A DNA stretch of 64,000 bases from Auanema rhodensis (Eukaryota; Animalia; Nematoda): positions 13,020,001 through 13,084,000 of the forward strand of contig OZ059895.1 of the NCBI GenBank assembly GCA_964057225.1. Direction: 5' to 3'. Shown piece after piece: positions 9,728 through 22,404 of this stretch. The first letter of the stretch is position 1, and every line of letters starts with the position of its first letter. Both the position numbers and the translations under genes were made by a program. The notes below the pieces were generated by a model that ran no database searches, was not told the DNA's origin, and was given only the letters and a program-made list of their open reading frames with translations.

Positions 9728-9827
9728 TATTTTAGCCTTCCTCAATGGATATTTCAGATTCAGCGATATTTTTATCGTCTTATTGTTTCTTGACAAGTGA
9801 TTTCTTGTCAACTCGGATTTTCTACGA

Positions 9828-9920
9828 GTTCTTCGGAATTTTATTTCTCCGGCCGTTCTATATAACCTTTAACACAATGTTCTTCGGAATTTATTTCTCC
9901 GGCGGTTCTATATAACCTTT
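9828..9920. repeat. Two ~43-bp direct repeats in the BEL 5' leader
   Basis: GTTCTTCGGAATTT(T)ATTTCTCCGGC(C/G)GTTCTATATAACCTTT at 9828-9870 and 9879-9920. Confidence 0.9.
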
Positions 9921-9955
9921 GTTTTAAACTTTCCTTATCAGTAAGCAACTGAAAT

Positions 9956-9973
9956 ATCCTGCCGTGGTCGCCA
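9956..9973 (-). promoter_or_regulatory. Primer-binding site, tRNA-Arg
   Basis: TGGCGACCACGGCAGGAT on -, 2 nt inside the 5' LTR. It is complementary to a tRNA 3' end ...CCTGCCGTGGTCG-CCA, recalled as tRNA-Arg. Confidence 0.85.
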
Positions 9974-9975
9974 AA

Positions 9976-10308
9976 TGTCGTTTGACAACTGGACTATTAC
10001 CTCCAAGTATCAGTCCAAGTATGGAGTCGGTTCGTATGAGTGCGGTATTATGCGTTAAGACAAGTTAAATGAAGAAAGGTTTATTCTACAAAATGCAACA
10101 ACAGTAAATTGAACAAGTGGATTGATTTACGAATTTCCAAGAAATTCCTAAAATCAAAACAAAATTGGTGAGACATAAAAATTTTAACCATTTGGTTCTC
10201 CCTTTTATAGGGAGGCACCAGATGGTTAAAGGGGGTGGAGTTAATACAAAAAAAAATACAACAAAACGTTAACACAATAAAGTTCGTATTTTCACGTTGA
10301 CCGTGACA
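9976..10308 (-). repeat. 5' LTR of BEL element (333 bp)
   Basis: Direct repeat of 98-430, followed by the TSD GGCCC. Confidence 0.96.
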
Positions 10309-10376
10309 GGCCCAACGTTGCTTGACTTGCCAGATCGGACGGGATGGCGTACTTTCAACGTGGTATGGTCGTAAGC
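10309..10376 (-). pseudogene. 5' part (nt 1-68) of the interrupted 5S rRNA gene
   Basis: Exact continuation of the 5S sequence after the LTR. Confidence 0.93.
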
Positions 10377-10743
10377 AAAAATACCTGATATTCAATGATT
10401 TACATACTTATCCTCGTTATTGTTTTTTTTTCCAATTTCATGTTAGTTATGTAATTTTCTACGTTACATCTGAATCCCTCGATGATATCAAATCTTATGA
10501 GATCCAAATACAATAAATTAAAAAAGGTTTCACAGTTGTATAGTGTTTAAACAATGTTTGTTTCAATAGGAAATAGATAGAAACAGTAAAGTTAAGATGA
10601 AGGTTCATAAACTACTGGTTTATAACTGTAATATAGAAATAAGATTGAAGATATTTTGATGCCTTGGGTTGAGCTATCTAAGTAAAACTGCTGGAAAATT
10701 AAAAACATTTGTTACGGAAGAAATAAAATTGAAAATCAGCTGC

Positions 10744-10776
10744 ATGGCGTACTTTCAACGTGGTATGGTCGTAAGC
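10744..10776 (-). pseudogene. Truncated 5S (nt 1-33) of a ~400-bp short unit (representative of ~28)
   Basis: GCTTACGACCATACCACGTTGAAAGTACGCCAT joined directly to spacer GCAGCTG, with no internal control region. Confidence 0.9.
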
Positions 10777-11187
10777 GAAAAAATCTGATATTCAATGATT
10801 TACATACTTATCCTCGTTATTGTTTTTTTTTTCAATTTCATGTTAGTTATGTAATTTTCTACGTTACATCTAAATTCCTCGATGATATCAAATCTTATGA
10901 GCTCCAAATACAATAAATTAAAAAAGGTTTCACAGTTGTATAGTGTTAAAACAATGTTTGTTTCAATAGGAAATAGATAGAAACAGTAAAGTTAAGATGA
11001 AGGTTCATAAACTACTGGTTTATAACTGTAATATAAAAATAAGATTGAAGATATTTTGATGCCTTGGGTTGAGCTATCTAAGTAAAACTGCTGGAAAATT
11101 AAAAACATTTGTTACGGAAGAGATAAAATTGAAAATCAGCTGCATTGCGTACTTTCAACGTGGTATGATCGTTAAAAAAATTTGAAA

Positions 11188-11306
11188 AGCTTACGGCACC
11201 CGGGATTCCCAAGCCGTCTCCGATCCAAGTACTAATCGGGCCCAACGTTGCTTGACTTGCCAGATCGGACGGGATGGCGTACTTTCAACGTGGTATGGTC
11301 GTAAGC
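11188..11306 (-). rRNA. 5S rRNA: 5S rRNA gene (first intact copy)
   Basis: 119 nt with paired ends GCTTACG/CGTAAGC, A-box-like AGTCAAGC and C-box TGGATCGGAGACGG. Closely resembles nematode 5S. Confidence 0.97.
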
Positions 11307-14300
11307 GAAAATACCTGATATTCAATGATTTACATACTTATCCTCGTTATTGTTTTTTTTCCAATTTCATGTTAGTTATGTAATTTTCTACGTTACATCT
11401 AAATCCCTCGATGATATCAAATCTTATGAGATCCAAATACAATAAATTAAAAAAGGTTTCACAGTTGTATAGTGTTTAAACAATGTTTGTTTCAATAGGA
11501 AATAGATAGAAACAGTAAAGTTAAGATGAAGGTTCATAAACTACTGGTTTATAACTGTAATATAGAAATAAGATTGAAGATATTTTGATGCCTTGGGTTG
11601 AGCTATCTAAGTAAAACTGCTGGAAAATTAAAAACATTTGTTACGGAAGAGATAAAATTGAAAATCAGCTGCATTGCGTACTTTCAACGTGGTATGATCG
11701 TTAAAAAAATTTGAAAAGCTTACGGCACCCGGGATTCCCAAGCCGTCTCCGATCCAAGTACTAACCGGGCCCAACGTTGCTTGACTTGCCAGATCGGACG
11801 GGATGGCGTACTTTCAACGTGGTATGGTCGTAAGCGAAAATACCTGATATTCAATGATTTACATACTTATCCTCGTTATTATTTTTTTTTCCAATTTCAT
11901 GTTAGTTATGTAATTTTCTACGTTACATCTAAATCCCTCGATGATATCAAATCTTATGAGATCCAAATACAATAAATTAAAAAAGGTTTCACAGTTGTAT
12001 AGTGTTTAAACAATGTTTGTTTCAATAGGAAATAGATAGAAACAGTGAAGTTAAGATGAAGGTTCATAAACTACTGGTTTATAACTGTAATATAGAAATA
12101 AGATTGAAGATATTTTGATGCCTTGGGTTGAGCTATCTAAGTAAAACTGCTGGAAAATTAAAAACATTTGTTACGGAAGAAATAAAATTGAAAATCAGCT
12201 GCATGGCGTACTTTCAACGTGGTATGGTCGTAAGCGAAAAAATCTGATATTCAATGATTTACATACTTATCCTCGTTATTGTTTTTTTTTTCAATTTCAT
12301 GTTAGTTATGTAATTTTCTACGTTACATCTAAATTCCTCGATGATATCAAATCTTATGAGCTCCAAATACAATAAATTAAAAAAGGTTTCACAGTTGTAT
12401 AGTGTTAAACAATGTTTGTTTCAATAGGAAATAGATAGAAACAGTAAAGTTAAGATGAAGGTTCATAAACTACTGGTTTATAACTGTAATATAAAAATAA
12501 GATTGAAGATATTTTGATGCCTTGGGTTGAGCTATCTAAGTAAAACTGCTGGAAAATTAAAAACATTTGTTACGGAAGAGATAAAATTGAAAATCAGCTG
12601 CATGGCGTACTTTCAACGTGGTATGGTCGTAAGCGAAAAAATCTGATATTCAATGATTTACATACTTATCCTCGTTATTGTTTTTTTTTTCAATTTCATG
12701 TTAGTTATGTAATTTTCTACGTTACATCTAAATTCCTCGATGATATCAAATCTTATGAGCTCCAAATACAATAAATTAAAAAAGGTTTCACAGTTGTATA
12801 GTGTTAAAACAATGTTTGTTTCAATAGGAAATAGATAGAAACAGTAAAGTTAAGATGAAGGTTCATAAACTACTGGTTTATAACTGTAATATAAAAATAA
12901 GATTGAAGATATTTTGATGCCTTGGGTTGAGCTATCTAAGTAAAACTGCTGGAAAATTAAAAACATTTGTTACGGAAGAGATAAAATTGAAAATCAGCTG
13001 CATTGCGTACTTTCAACGTGGTATGATCGTTAAAAAAATTTGAAAAGCTTACGGCACCCGGGATTCCCAAGCCGTCTCCGATCCAAGTACTAACCGGGCC
13101 CAACGTTGCTTGACTTGCCAGATCGGACGGGATGGCGTACTTTCAACGTGGTATGGTCGTAAGCGAAAATACCTGATATTCAATGATTTACATACTTATC
13201 CTCGTTATTATTTTTTTTTCCAATTTCATGTTAGTTATGTAATTTTCTACGTTACATCTAAATCCCTCGATGATATCAAATCTTATGAGATCCAAATACA
13301 ATAAATTAAAAAAGGTTTCACAGTTGTATAGTGTTTAAACAATGTTTGTTTCAATAGGAAATAGATAGAAACAGTGAAGTTAAGATGAAGGTTCATAAAC
13401 TACTGGTTTATAACTGTAATATAGAAATAAGATTGAAGATATTTTGGTGCCTTGGGTTGAGCTATCTAAGTAAAACTGCTGGAAAATTAAAAACATTTGT
13501 TACGGAAGAAATAAAATTGAAAATCAGCTGCATGGCGTACTTTCAACGTGGTATGGTCGTAAGCGAAAAAATCTGATATTCAATGATTTACATACTTATC
13601 CTCGTTATTGTTTTTTTTTTCAATTTCATGTTAGTTATGTAATTTTCTACGCTACATCTAAATTCCTCGATGATATCAAATCTTATGAGCTCCAAATACA
13701 ATAAATTAAAAAAGGTTTCACAGTTGTATAGTGTTAAACAATGTTTGTTTCAATAGGAAATAGATAGAAACAGTAAAGTTAAGATGAAGGTTCATAAACT
13801 ACTGGTTTATAACTGTAATATAAAAATAAGATTGAAGATATTTTGATGCCTTGGGTTGAGCTATCTAAGTAAAACTGCTGGAAAATTAAAAACATTTGTT
13901 ACGGAAGAGATAAAATTGAAAATCAGCTGCATGGCGTACTTTCAACGTGGTATGGTCGTAAGCGAAAAAATCTGATATTCAATGATTTACATACTTATCC
14001 TCGTTATTGTTTTTTTTTTCAATTTCATGTTAGTTATGTAATTTTCTACGTTACATCTAAATTCCTCGATGATATCAAATCTTATGAGCTCCAAATACAA
14101 TAAATTAAAAAAGGTTTCACAGTTGTATAGTGTTAAAACAATGTTTGTTTCAATAGGAAATAGATAGAAACAGTAAAGTTAAGATGAAGGTTCATAAACT
14201 ACTGGTTTATAACTGTAATATAAAAATAAGATTGAAGATATTTTGATGCCTTGGGTTGAGCTATCTAAGTAAAACTGCTGGAAAATTAAAAACATTTGTT

Positions 14301-17300
14301 ACGGAAGAGATAAAATTGAAAATCAGCTGCATTGCGTACTTTCAACGTGGTATGATCGTTAAAAAAATTTGAAAAGCTTACGGCACCCGGGATTCCCAAG
14401 CCGTCTCCGATCCAAGTACTAATCGGGCCCAACGTTGCTTGACTTGCCAGATCGGACGGGATGGCGTACTTTCAACGTGGTATGGTCGTAAGCGAAAATA
14501 CCTGATATTCAATGATTTACATACTTATCCTCGTTATTGTTTTTTTTCCAATTTCATGTTAGTTATGTAATTTTCTACGTTACATCTGAATCCCTCGATG
14601 ATATCAAATCTTATGAGATCCAAATACAATAAATTAAAAAAGGTTTCACAGTTGTATAGTGTTTAAACAATGTTTGTTTCAATAGGAAATAGATAGAAAC
14701 AGTAAAGTTAAGATGAAGGTTCATAAACTACTGGTTTATAACTGTAATATAGAAATAAGATTGAAGATATTTTGATGCCTTGGGTTGAGCTATCTAAGTA
14801 AAACTGCTGGAAAATTAAAAACATTTGTTACGGAAGAGATAAAATTGAAAATCAGCTGCATGGCGTACTTTCAACGTGGTATGGTCGTAAGCGAAAAAAT
14901 CTGATATTCAATGATTTACATACTTATCCTCGTTATTGTTTTTTTTTTCCAATTTCATGTTAGTTATGTAATTTTCTACGTTACTTCTAAATTCCTCGAT
15001 GATATCAAATCTTATGAGCTCCAAATACAATAAATTAAAAAAGGTTTCACAGTTGTATAGTGTTAAAACAATGTTTGTTTCAATAGGAAATAGATAGAAA
15101 CAGTGAAGTTAAGATGAAGGTTCATAAACTACTGGTTTATAACTGTAATATAGAAATAAGATTGAAGATATTTTGATGCCTTGGGTTGAGCTATCTAAGT
15201 AAAACTGCTGGAAAATTAAAAACATTTGTTACGGAAGAAATAAAATTGAAAATCTGCTGCATGGCGTACTTTCAACGTGGTATGGTCGTAAGCGAAAAAA
15301 TCTGATATTCAATGATTTACATACTTATCCTCGTTATTGTTTTTTTTTTCAATTTCATGTTAGTTATGTAATTTTCTACGTTACATCTAAATTCCTCGAT
15401 GATATCAAATCTTATGAGCTCCAAATACAATAAATTAAAAAAGTTTTCACAGTTGTATAGTGTTAAAACAATGTTTGTTTCAATAGGAAATAGATAGAAA
15501 CAGTAAAGTTAAGATGAAGGTTCATAAACTACTGGTTTACAACTGTAATATAAAAATAAGATTGAAGATATTTTGATGCCTTGGGTTGAGCTATCTAAGT
15601 AAAACTGCTGGAAAATTAAAAACATTTGTTACGGAAGAGATAAAATTGAAAATCAGCTGCATTGCGTACTTTCAACGTGGTATGATCGTTAAAAAAATTT
15701 GAAAAGCTTACGGCACCCGGGATTCCCAAGCCGTCTCCGATCCAAGTACTAATCGGGCCCAACGTTGCTTGACTTGCCAGATCGGACGGGATGGCGTACT
15801 TTCAACGTGGTATGGTCGTAAGCGAAAATACCTGATATTCAATGATTTACATACTTATCCTCGTTATTGTTTTTTTTCCAATTTCATGTTAGTTATGTAA
15901 TTTTCTACGTTACATCTAAATCCCTCGATGATATCAAATCTTATGAGATCCAAATACAATAAATTAAAAAAGGTTTCACAGTTGTATAGTGTTTAAACAA
16001 TGTTTGTTTCAATAGGAAATAGATAGAAACAGTAAAGTTAAGATGAAGGTTCATAAACTACTGGTTTATAACTGTAATATAGAAATAAGATTGAAGATAT
16101 TTTGATGCCTTGGGTTGAGCTATCTAAGTAAAACTGGTGGAAAATTAAAAACATTTGTTACGGAAGAGATAAAATTGAAAATCAGCTGCATTGCGTACTT
16201 TCAACGTGGTATGATCGTTAAAAAAATTTGAAAAGCTTACGGCACCCGGGATTCCCAAGCCGTCTCCGATCCAAGTACTAACCGGGCCCAACGTTGCTTG
16301 ACTTGCCAGATCGGACGGGATGGCGTACTTTCAACGTGGTATGGTCGTAAGCGAAAATACCTGATATTCAATGATTTACATACTTATCCTCGTTATTATT
16401 TTTTTTCCAATTTCATGTTAGTTATGTAATTTTCTACGTTACATCTAAATCCCTCGATGATATCAAATCTTATGAGATCCATATACAATAAATTAAAAAA
16501 GGTTTCACAGTTGTATAGTGTTTAAACAATGTTTGTTTCAATAGGAAATAGATAGAAACAGTAAAGTTAAGATGAAGGTTCATAAACTACTGGTTTATAA
16601 CTGTAATATAGAAATAAGATTGAAGATATTTTGATGCCTTGGGTTGAGCTATCTAAGTAAAACTGCTGGAAAATTAAAAACATTTGTTACGGAAGAAATA
16701 AAATTGAAAATCAGCTGCATGGCGTACTTTCAACGTGGTATGGTCGTAAGCGAAAATACCTGATATTCAATGATTTACATACTTATCCTCGTTATTGTTT
16801 TTTTTCCAATTTCATGTTAGTTATGTAATTTTCTACGTTACATCTAAATCCCTCGATGATATCAAATCTTATGAGATCCAAATACAATAAATTAAAAAAG
16901 GTTTCACAGTTGTATAGTGTTAAAACAATGTTTGTTTCAATAGGAAATAGATAGAAACAGTAAAGTTAAGATGAAGGTTCATAAACTACTGGTTTATAAC
17001 TGTAATATAGAAATAAGATTGAAGATATTTTGATGCCTTGGGTTGAGCTATCTAAGTAAAACTGCTGGAAAATTAAAAACATTTGTTACGGAAAAGATAA
17101 AATTGAAAATCAGCTGCATTGAGTACTTTCAACGTGGTATGATCGTTAAAAAAATTTGAAAAGCTTACGGCACCCGGGATTCCCAAGCCGTCTCCGATCC
17201 AAGTACTAATCGGGCCCAACGTTGCTTGACTTGCCAGATCGGACGGGATGGCGTACTTTCAACGTGGTATGGTCGTAAGCGAAAATACCTGATATTCAAT

Positions 17301-20300
17301 GATTTACATACTTATCCTCGTTATTGTTTTTTTTCCAATTTCATGTTAGTTATGTAATTTTCTACGTTACATCTAAATCCCTCGATGATATCAAATCTTA
17401 TGAGATCCAAATACAATAAATTAAAAAAGGTTTCACAGTTGTATAGTGTTTAAACAATGTTTGTTTCAATAGGAAATAGATAGAAACAGTAAAGTTAAGA
17501 TGAAGGTTCATAAACTACTGGTTTATAACTGTAATATAGAAATAAGATTGAAGATATTTTGATGCCTTGGGTTGAACTATCTAAGTAAAACTGCTGGAAA
17601 ATTAAAAACATTTGTTACGGAAGAGATAAAATTGAAAATCAGCTGCATTGCGTACTTTCAACGTGGTATGATCGTTAAAAAAATTTGAAAAGCTTACGGC
17701 ACCCGGGATTCCCAAGCCGTCTCCGATCCAAGTACTAACCGGGCCCAACGTTGCTTGACTTGCCAGATCGGACGGGATGGCGTACTTTCAACGTGGTATG
17801 GTCGTAAGCGAAAATACCTGATATTCAATGATTTACATACTTATCCTCGTTATTATTTTTTTTCCAATTTCATGTTAGTTATGTAATTTTCTACGTTACA
17901 TCTAAATCCCTCGATGATATCAAATCTTATGAGATCCAAATACAATAAATTAAAAAAGGTTTCACAGTTGTATAGTGTTTAAACAATGTTTGTTTCAATA
18001 GGAAATAGATAGAAACAGTAAAGTTAAGATGAAGGTTCATAAACTACTGGTTTATAACTGTAATATAGAAATAAGATTGAAGATATTTTGATGCCTTGGG
18101 TTGAGCTATCTAAGAAAAACTGCTGGAAAATTAAAAACATTTGTTACGGAAGAGATAAAATTGAAAATCAGCTGCATTGCGTACTTTCAACTAGGTGTGA
18201 TCGTTAAAAAAATTTGAAAAGCTTACGGCACCCGGGATTCCCAAGCCGTCTCCGATCCAAGTACTAACCGGACCCAACGTTGCTTGACTTGCCAGATCAG
18301 ACGGGATGGCGTACTTTCAACGTGGTATGGTCGTAAGCGAAAATACCTGATATTCAATGATTTACATACTTATCCTCGTTATTGTTTTTTTTTCCAATTT
18401 CATGTTAGTTATGTAATTTTCTACGTTACATCTAAATCCCTCGATGATATCAAATCTTATGAGATCCAAATACAATAAATTAAAAAGGTTTCACAGTTGT
18501 ATAGTGTTTAAACAATGTTTGTTTCAATAGGAAATAGATAGAAACAGTAAAGTTAAGATGAAGGTTCATAAACTACTGGTTTATAACTGTAATATAGAAA
18601 TAAGATTGAAGATATTTTGATGCCTTCGGTTGAGCTATCTAAGTAAAACTGCTGGAAAATTAAAAACATTTGTTACGGAAGAGATAAAATTGAAAATCAG
18701 CTGCATTGAGTCCTTTCAACGTGGTATGATCGTTAAAAAAATTTGAAAAGCTTACGGCACCCGGGATTCCCAAGCCGTCTCCGATCCAAGTACTAACCGG
18801 GCCCAACGTTGCTTGACTTGCCAGATCAGACGGGATGGCGTACTTTCAACGTGGTATGGTCGTAAGCGAAAATACCTGATATTCAATGATTTACATACTT
18901 ATCCTCGTTATTGTTTTTTTTTCCAATTTCATGTTAGTTATGTAATTTTCTACGTTACATCTAAATCCCTCGATGATATCAAATCTTATGAGATCCAAAT
19001 ACAATAAATTAAAAAGGTTTCACAGTTGTATAGTGTTTAAACAATGTTTGTTTCAATAGGAAATAGATAGAAACAGTAAAGTTAAGATGAAGGTTCATAA
19101 ACTACTGGTTTATAACTGTAATATAGAAATAAGATTGAAGATATTTTGATGCCTTCGGTTGAGCTATCTAAGTAAAACTGCTGGAAAATTAAAAACATTT
19201 GTTACGGAAGAGATAAAATTGAAAATCAGCTGCATGGCGTACTTTCAACGTGGTATGGTCGTAAGCGAAAAAATCTGATATTCAATGATTTACATACTTA
19301 TCCTCGTTATTGTTTTTTTTCCAATTTCATGTTAGTTATGTAATTTTCTACGTTACATCTAAATCCCTCGATGATATCAAATCTTATGAGATCCAAATAC
19401 AATAAATTAAAAAAGGTTTCACAGTTGTATAGTGTTTAAACAATGTTTGTTTCAATAGGAAATAGATAGAAACAGTAAAGTTAAGATGAAGGTTCATAAA
19501 CTACTGGTTTATAACTGTAATATAGAAATAAGATTGAAGATATTTTGATGCCTTGGGTTGAGCTATCTAAGTAAAACTGCTGGAAAATTAAAAACATTTG
19601 TTACGGAAGAGATAAAATTGAAAATCAGCTGCATTGAGTACTTTCAACGTGGTATGATCGTTAAAAAAATTTGAAAAGCTTACGGCACCCGGGATTCCCA
19701 AGCCGTCTCCGATCCAAGTACTAACCGGGCCCAACGTTGCTTGACTTGCCAGATCAGACGGGATGGCGTACTTTCAACGTGGTATGGTCGTAAGCGAAAA
19801 TACCTGATATTCAATGATTTACATACTTATCCTCGTTATTGTTTTTTTTTCCAATTTCATGTTAGTTATGTAATTTTCTACGTTACATCTAAATCCCTCG
19901 ATGATATCAAATCTTATGAGATCCAAATACAATAAATTAAAAAGGTTTCACAGTTGTATAGTGTTTAAACAATGTTTGTTTCAATAGGAAATAGATAGAA
20001 ACAGTAAAGTTAAGATGAAGGTTCATAAACTACTGGTTTATAACTGTAATATAGAAATAAGATTGAAGATATTTTGATGCCTTCGGTTGAGCTATCTAAG
20101 TAAAACTGCTGGAAAATTAAAAACATTTGTTACGGAAGAGATAAAATTGAAAATCAGCTGCATGGCGTACTTTCAACGTGGTATGGTCGTAAGCGAAAAA
20201 ATCTGATATTCAATGATTTACATACTTATCCTCGTTATTGTTTTTTTTCCAATTTCATGTTAGTTATGTAATTTTCTACGTTACATCTAAATCCCTCGAT

Positions 20301-21187
20301 GATATCAAATCTTATGAGATCCAAATACAATAAATTAAAAAGGTTTCACAGTTGTATAGTGTTTAAACAATGTTTGTTTCAATAGGAAATAGATAGAAAC
20401 AGTAAAGTTAAGATGAAGGTTCATAAACTACTGGTTTATAACTGTAATATAGAAATAAGATTGAAGATATTTTGATGCCTTCGGTTGAGCTATCTAAGTA
20501 AAACTGCTGGAAAATTAAAAACATTTGTTACGGAAGAGATAAAATTGAAAATCAGCTGCATGGCGTACTTTCAACGTGGTATGGTCGTAAGCGAAAAAAT
20601 CTGATATTCAATGATTTACATACTTATCCTCGTTATTGTTTTTTTTCCAATTTCATGTTAGTTATGTAATTTTCTACGTTACATCTAAATCCCTCGATGA
20701 TATCAAATCTTATGAGATCCAAATACAATAAATTAAAAAGGTTTCACAGTTGTATAGTGTTTAAACAATGTTTGTTTCAATAGGAAATAGATAGAAACAG
20801 TAAAGTTAAGATGAAGGTTCATAAACTACTGGTTTATAACTGTAATATAGAAATAAGATTGAAGATATTTTGATGCCTTGGGTTGAGCTATCTAAGTAAA
20901 ACTGCTGGAAAATTAAAAACATTTGTTACGGAAGAGATAAAATTGAAAATCAGCTGCATTGAGTACTTTCAACGTGGTATGATCGTTAAAAAAATTTGAA
21001 AAGCTTACGGCACCCGGGATTCCCAAGCCGTCTCCGATCCAAGTACTAACCGGGCCCAACGTTGCTTGACTTGCCAGATCAGACGGGATGGCGTACTTTC
21101 AACGTGGTATGGTCGTAAGCGAAAATACCTGATATTCAATGATTTACATACTTATCCTCGTTATTGTTTTTTTTTCCAATTTCATGT

Positions 21188-21598
21188 CGTTCCATGGTGG
21201 TTCCCCAGGGTTCCGGCTGGGTAACCACATGGAATTACTTTCTTTTCTTCCAAATATAAATGATAAAGAGCATAGAGAGAAAGGTTTATTTATGATAAAG
21301 TATACAAATTACAATAATAAAAGTTACATAATGATTCCTAGTCGCAGCCCAAAGGACTCGTAAGGAAACCTTATATAGTTTTCCTTACGAGCATAAAAAG
21401 TGGTTATATCAGGTCTGCGGAACTTGGTTCCGCTTGAATTGGGCTTTCTTTAATTAAACTTAATATGAAAAAGTGTTCGTTCATTATTGCATTGAATTCC
21501 TGTTTCTCAAATGTAGCGTCAGCTATTTGTTTTTATAATGTTCCGTTTTATAAGCGATTGACGGTCAATCGCTCTACTTATAGGACACGTATGGAACA
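21188..21598 (-). repeat. 3' LTR (411 bp)
   Basis: Direct repeat of 24942-25352, with imperfect inverted ends CGTTCCAT...ATGGAACA. Confidence 0.95.
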
Positions 21599-21801
21599 TG
21601 CCTAATATCGAAAAAGTAGCTGACCTCAGCTACATCGAGAAAGTGAAATTCCATGCAAATGTGAAAGTTGTATGAAATGTTTCAAAAAATAAAAGAATAC
21701 TGATAATACAGAACAATTTTATGAGAAAAAATAAAAGGAAAACAATGTAATTACAAAATAATATATCATATATCATACTGGGAATCTTTCAAAAGTTCTT
21801 T

Positions 21802-22404
21802 TTAGTCTTCTTCATAATACTGGTATATCTCTGGTAATGGTGATGATCCTAGGTCGTGGAGAAGATCCATAGTCTTGTTGCATAAATCCGTTTTTCTTTC
21901 CATTTCTTCCTTGGTGGTTGCTGGTGATGCCAGAAATATTTGTAGAGCATTTATAATGCTTTTTCTTGCCTCTGTGGATGGCAGTTCGCTGCAATGTTGC
22001 AGGCTCCATTCTTGATAGGCCGAATGGGTCTCGGCAATAATCCAGTTTGGTGTCTGCTGTTCTGGTGAATCGCAACTAGGTGAATAACCTAGTTGGTCCC
22101 TTAGTTCAGCAATGGCTTCTCGGATGACTCCTGCTATGTTGGTCCATGGTCCTATGTAGTGGTCAACCTCCGACAGTCGATCCTTGTCGTATTGGTAACA
22201 TAGGATTTTGAGCGTTTCAGTACTAGTTTTCGCTCTTGTTAGTCCTTGAACTAACTCTTTCAGGATCTTCTCTTTCCTGGGGCGGTTGGCGATGGTATTG
22301 GCGCCTAGCTGCTTCAATTCTCTTACTAATAGTTGAATTGAAAGCCATCTCTTTTTGGCCATCTTGAGGGGAATTTCGACGGCTTCAGGGAGTTGGGTGG
22401 ACAT
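21802..22404 (-). CDS. Hypothetical 200-aa, probably helical protein (LTR element cargo)
   Basis: Uninterrupted ATG-started ORF, GC-richer than its AT-rich flanks. No recognised motif. Confidence 0.7.
   Translation of the reverse strand: MSTQLPEAVEIPLKMAKKRWLSIQLLVRELKQLGANTIANRPRKEKILKELVQGLTRAKTSTETLKILCYQYDKDRLSEVDHYIGPWTNIAGVIREAIAELRDQLGYSPSCDSPEQQTPNWIIAETHSAYQEWSLQHCSELPSTEARKSIINALQIFLASPATTKEEMERKTDLCNKTMDLLHDLGSSPLPEIYQYYEED

Larger units (their letters stand above)
98..10308 (-). mobile_element. BEL/Pao (Belpaoviridae) LTR retrotransposon/endogenous virus with env, Cer/Tas/Atlas-like
   Basis: Two 333-bp LTRs (TGT...ACA), 5-bp TSD GGCCC (93-97, 10309-10313) and a tRNA-Arg PBS. Domain order is Gag(3xCCHC)-PR-RT(YVDN)-RH-IN-Env. 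Confidence 0.97.
10377..21187 (-). rRNA. 5S rRNA: 5S rDNA tandem array, segment 1 (12 full genes, 11 short units)
   Basis: 119-nt genes GCTTACGACCATACCACGTTGAAAG...GCCGTAAGCT followed by a T-run terminator. Low coordinates: 11188, 11717, 13046, 14375, 15705, 16234, 17162, 17691, 18220, 18749, 19677, 21002. Confidence 0.96.

Noticed and set aside
9728-9811. N-terminal 28-aa extension of Gag from TTG
   Set aside because: Non-ATG start in a eukaryote; the first ATG is at 9727.
21188-21598. Retrozyme (hammerhead-bearing non-autonomous LTR element)
   Set aside because: A three-way junction is present, but there is no CUGANGA/GAAA core on either strand.
21600-21605. TTAGGC (nematode telomere hexamer) where the PPT should be
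   Set aside because: A single hexamer is expected by chance.
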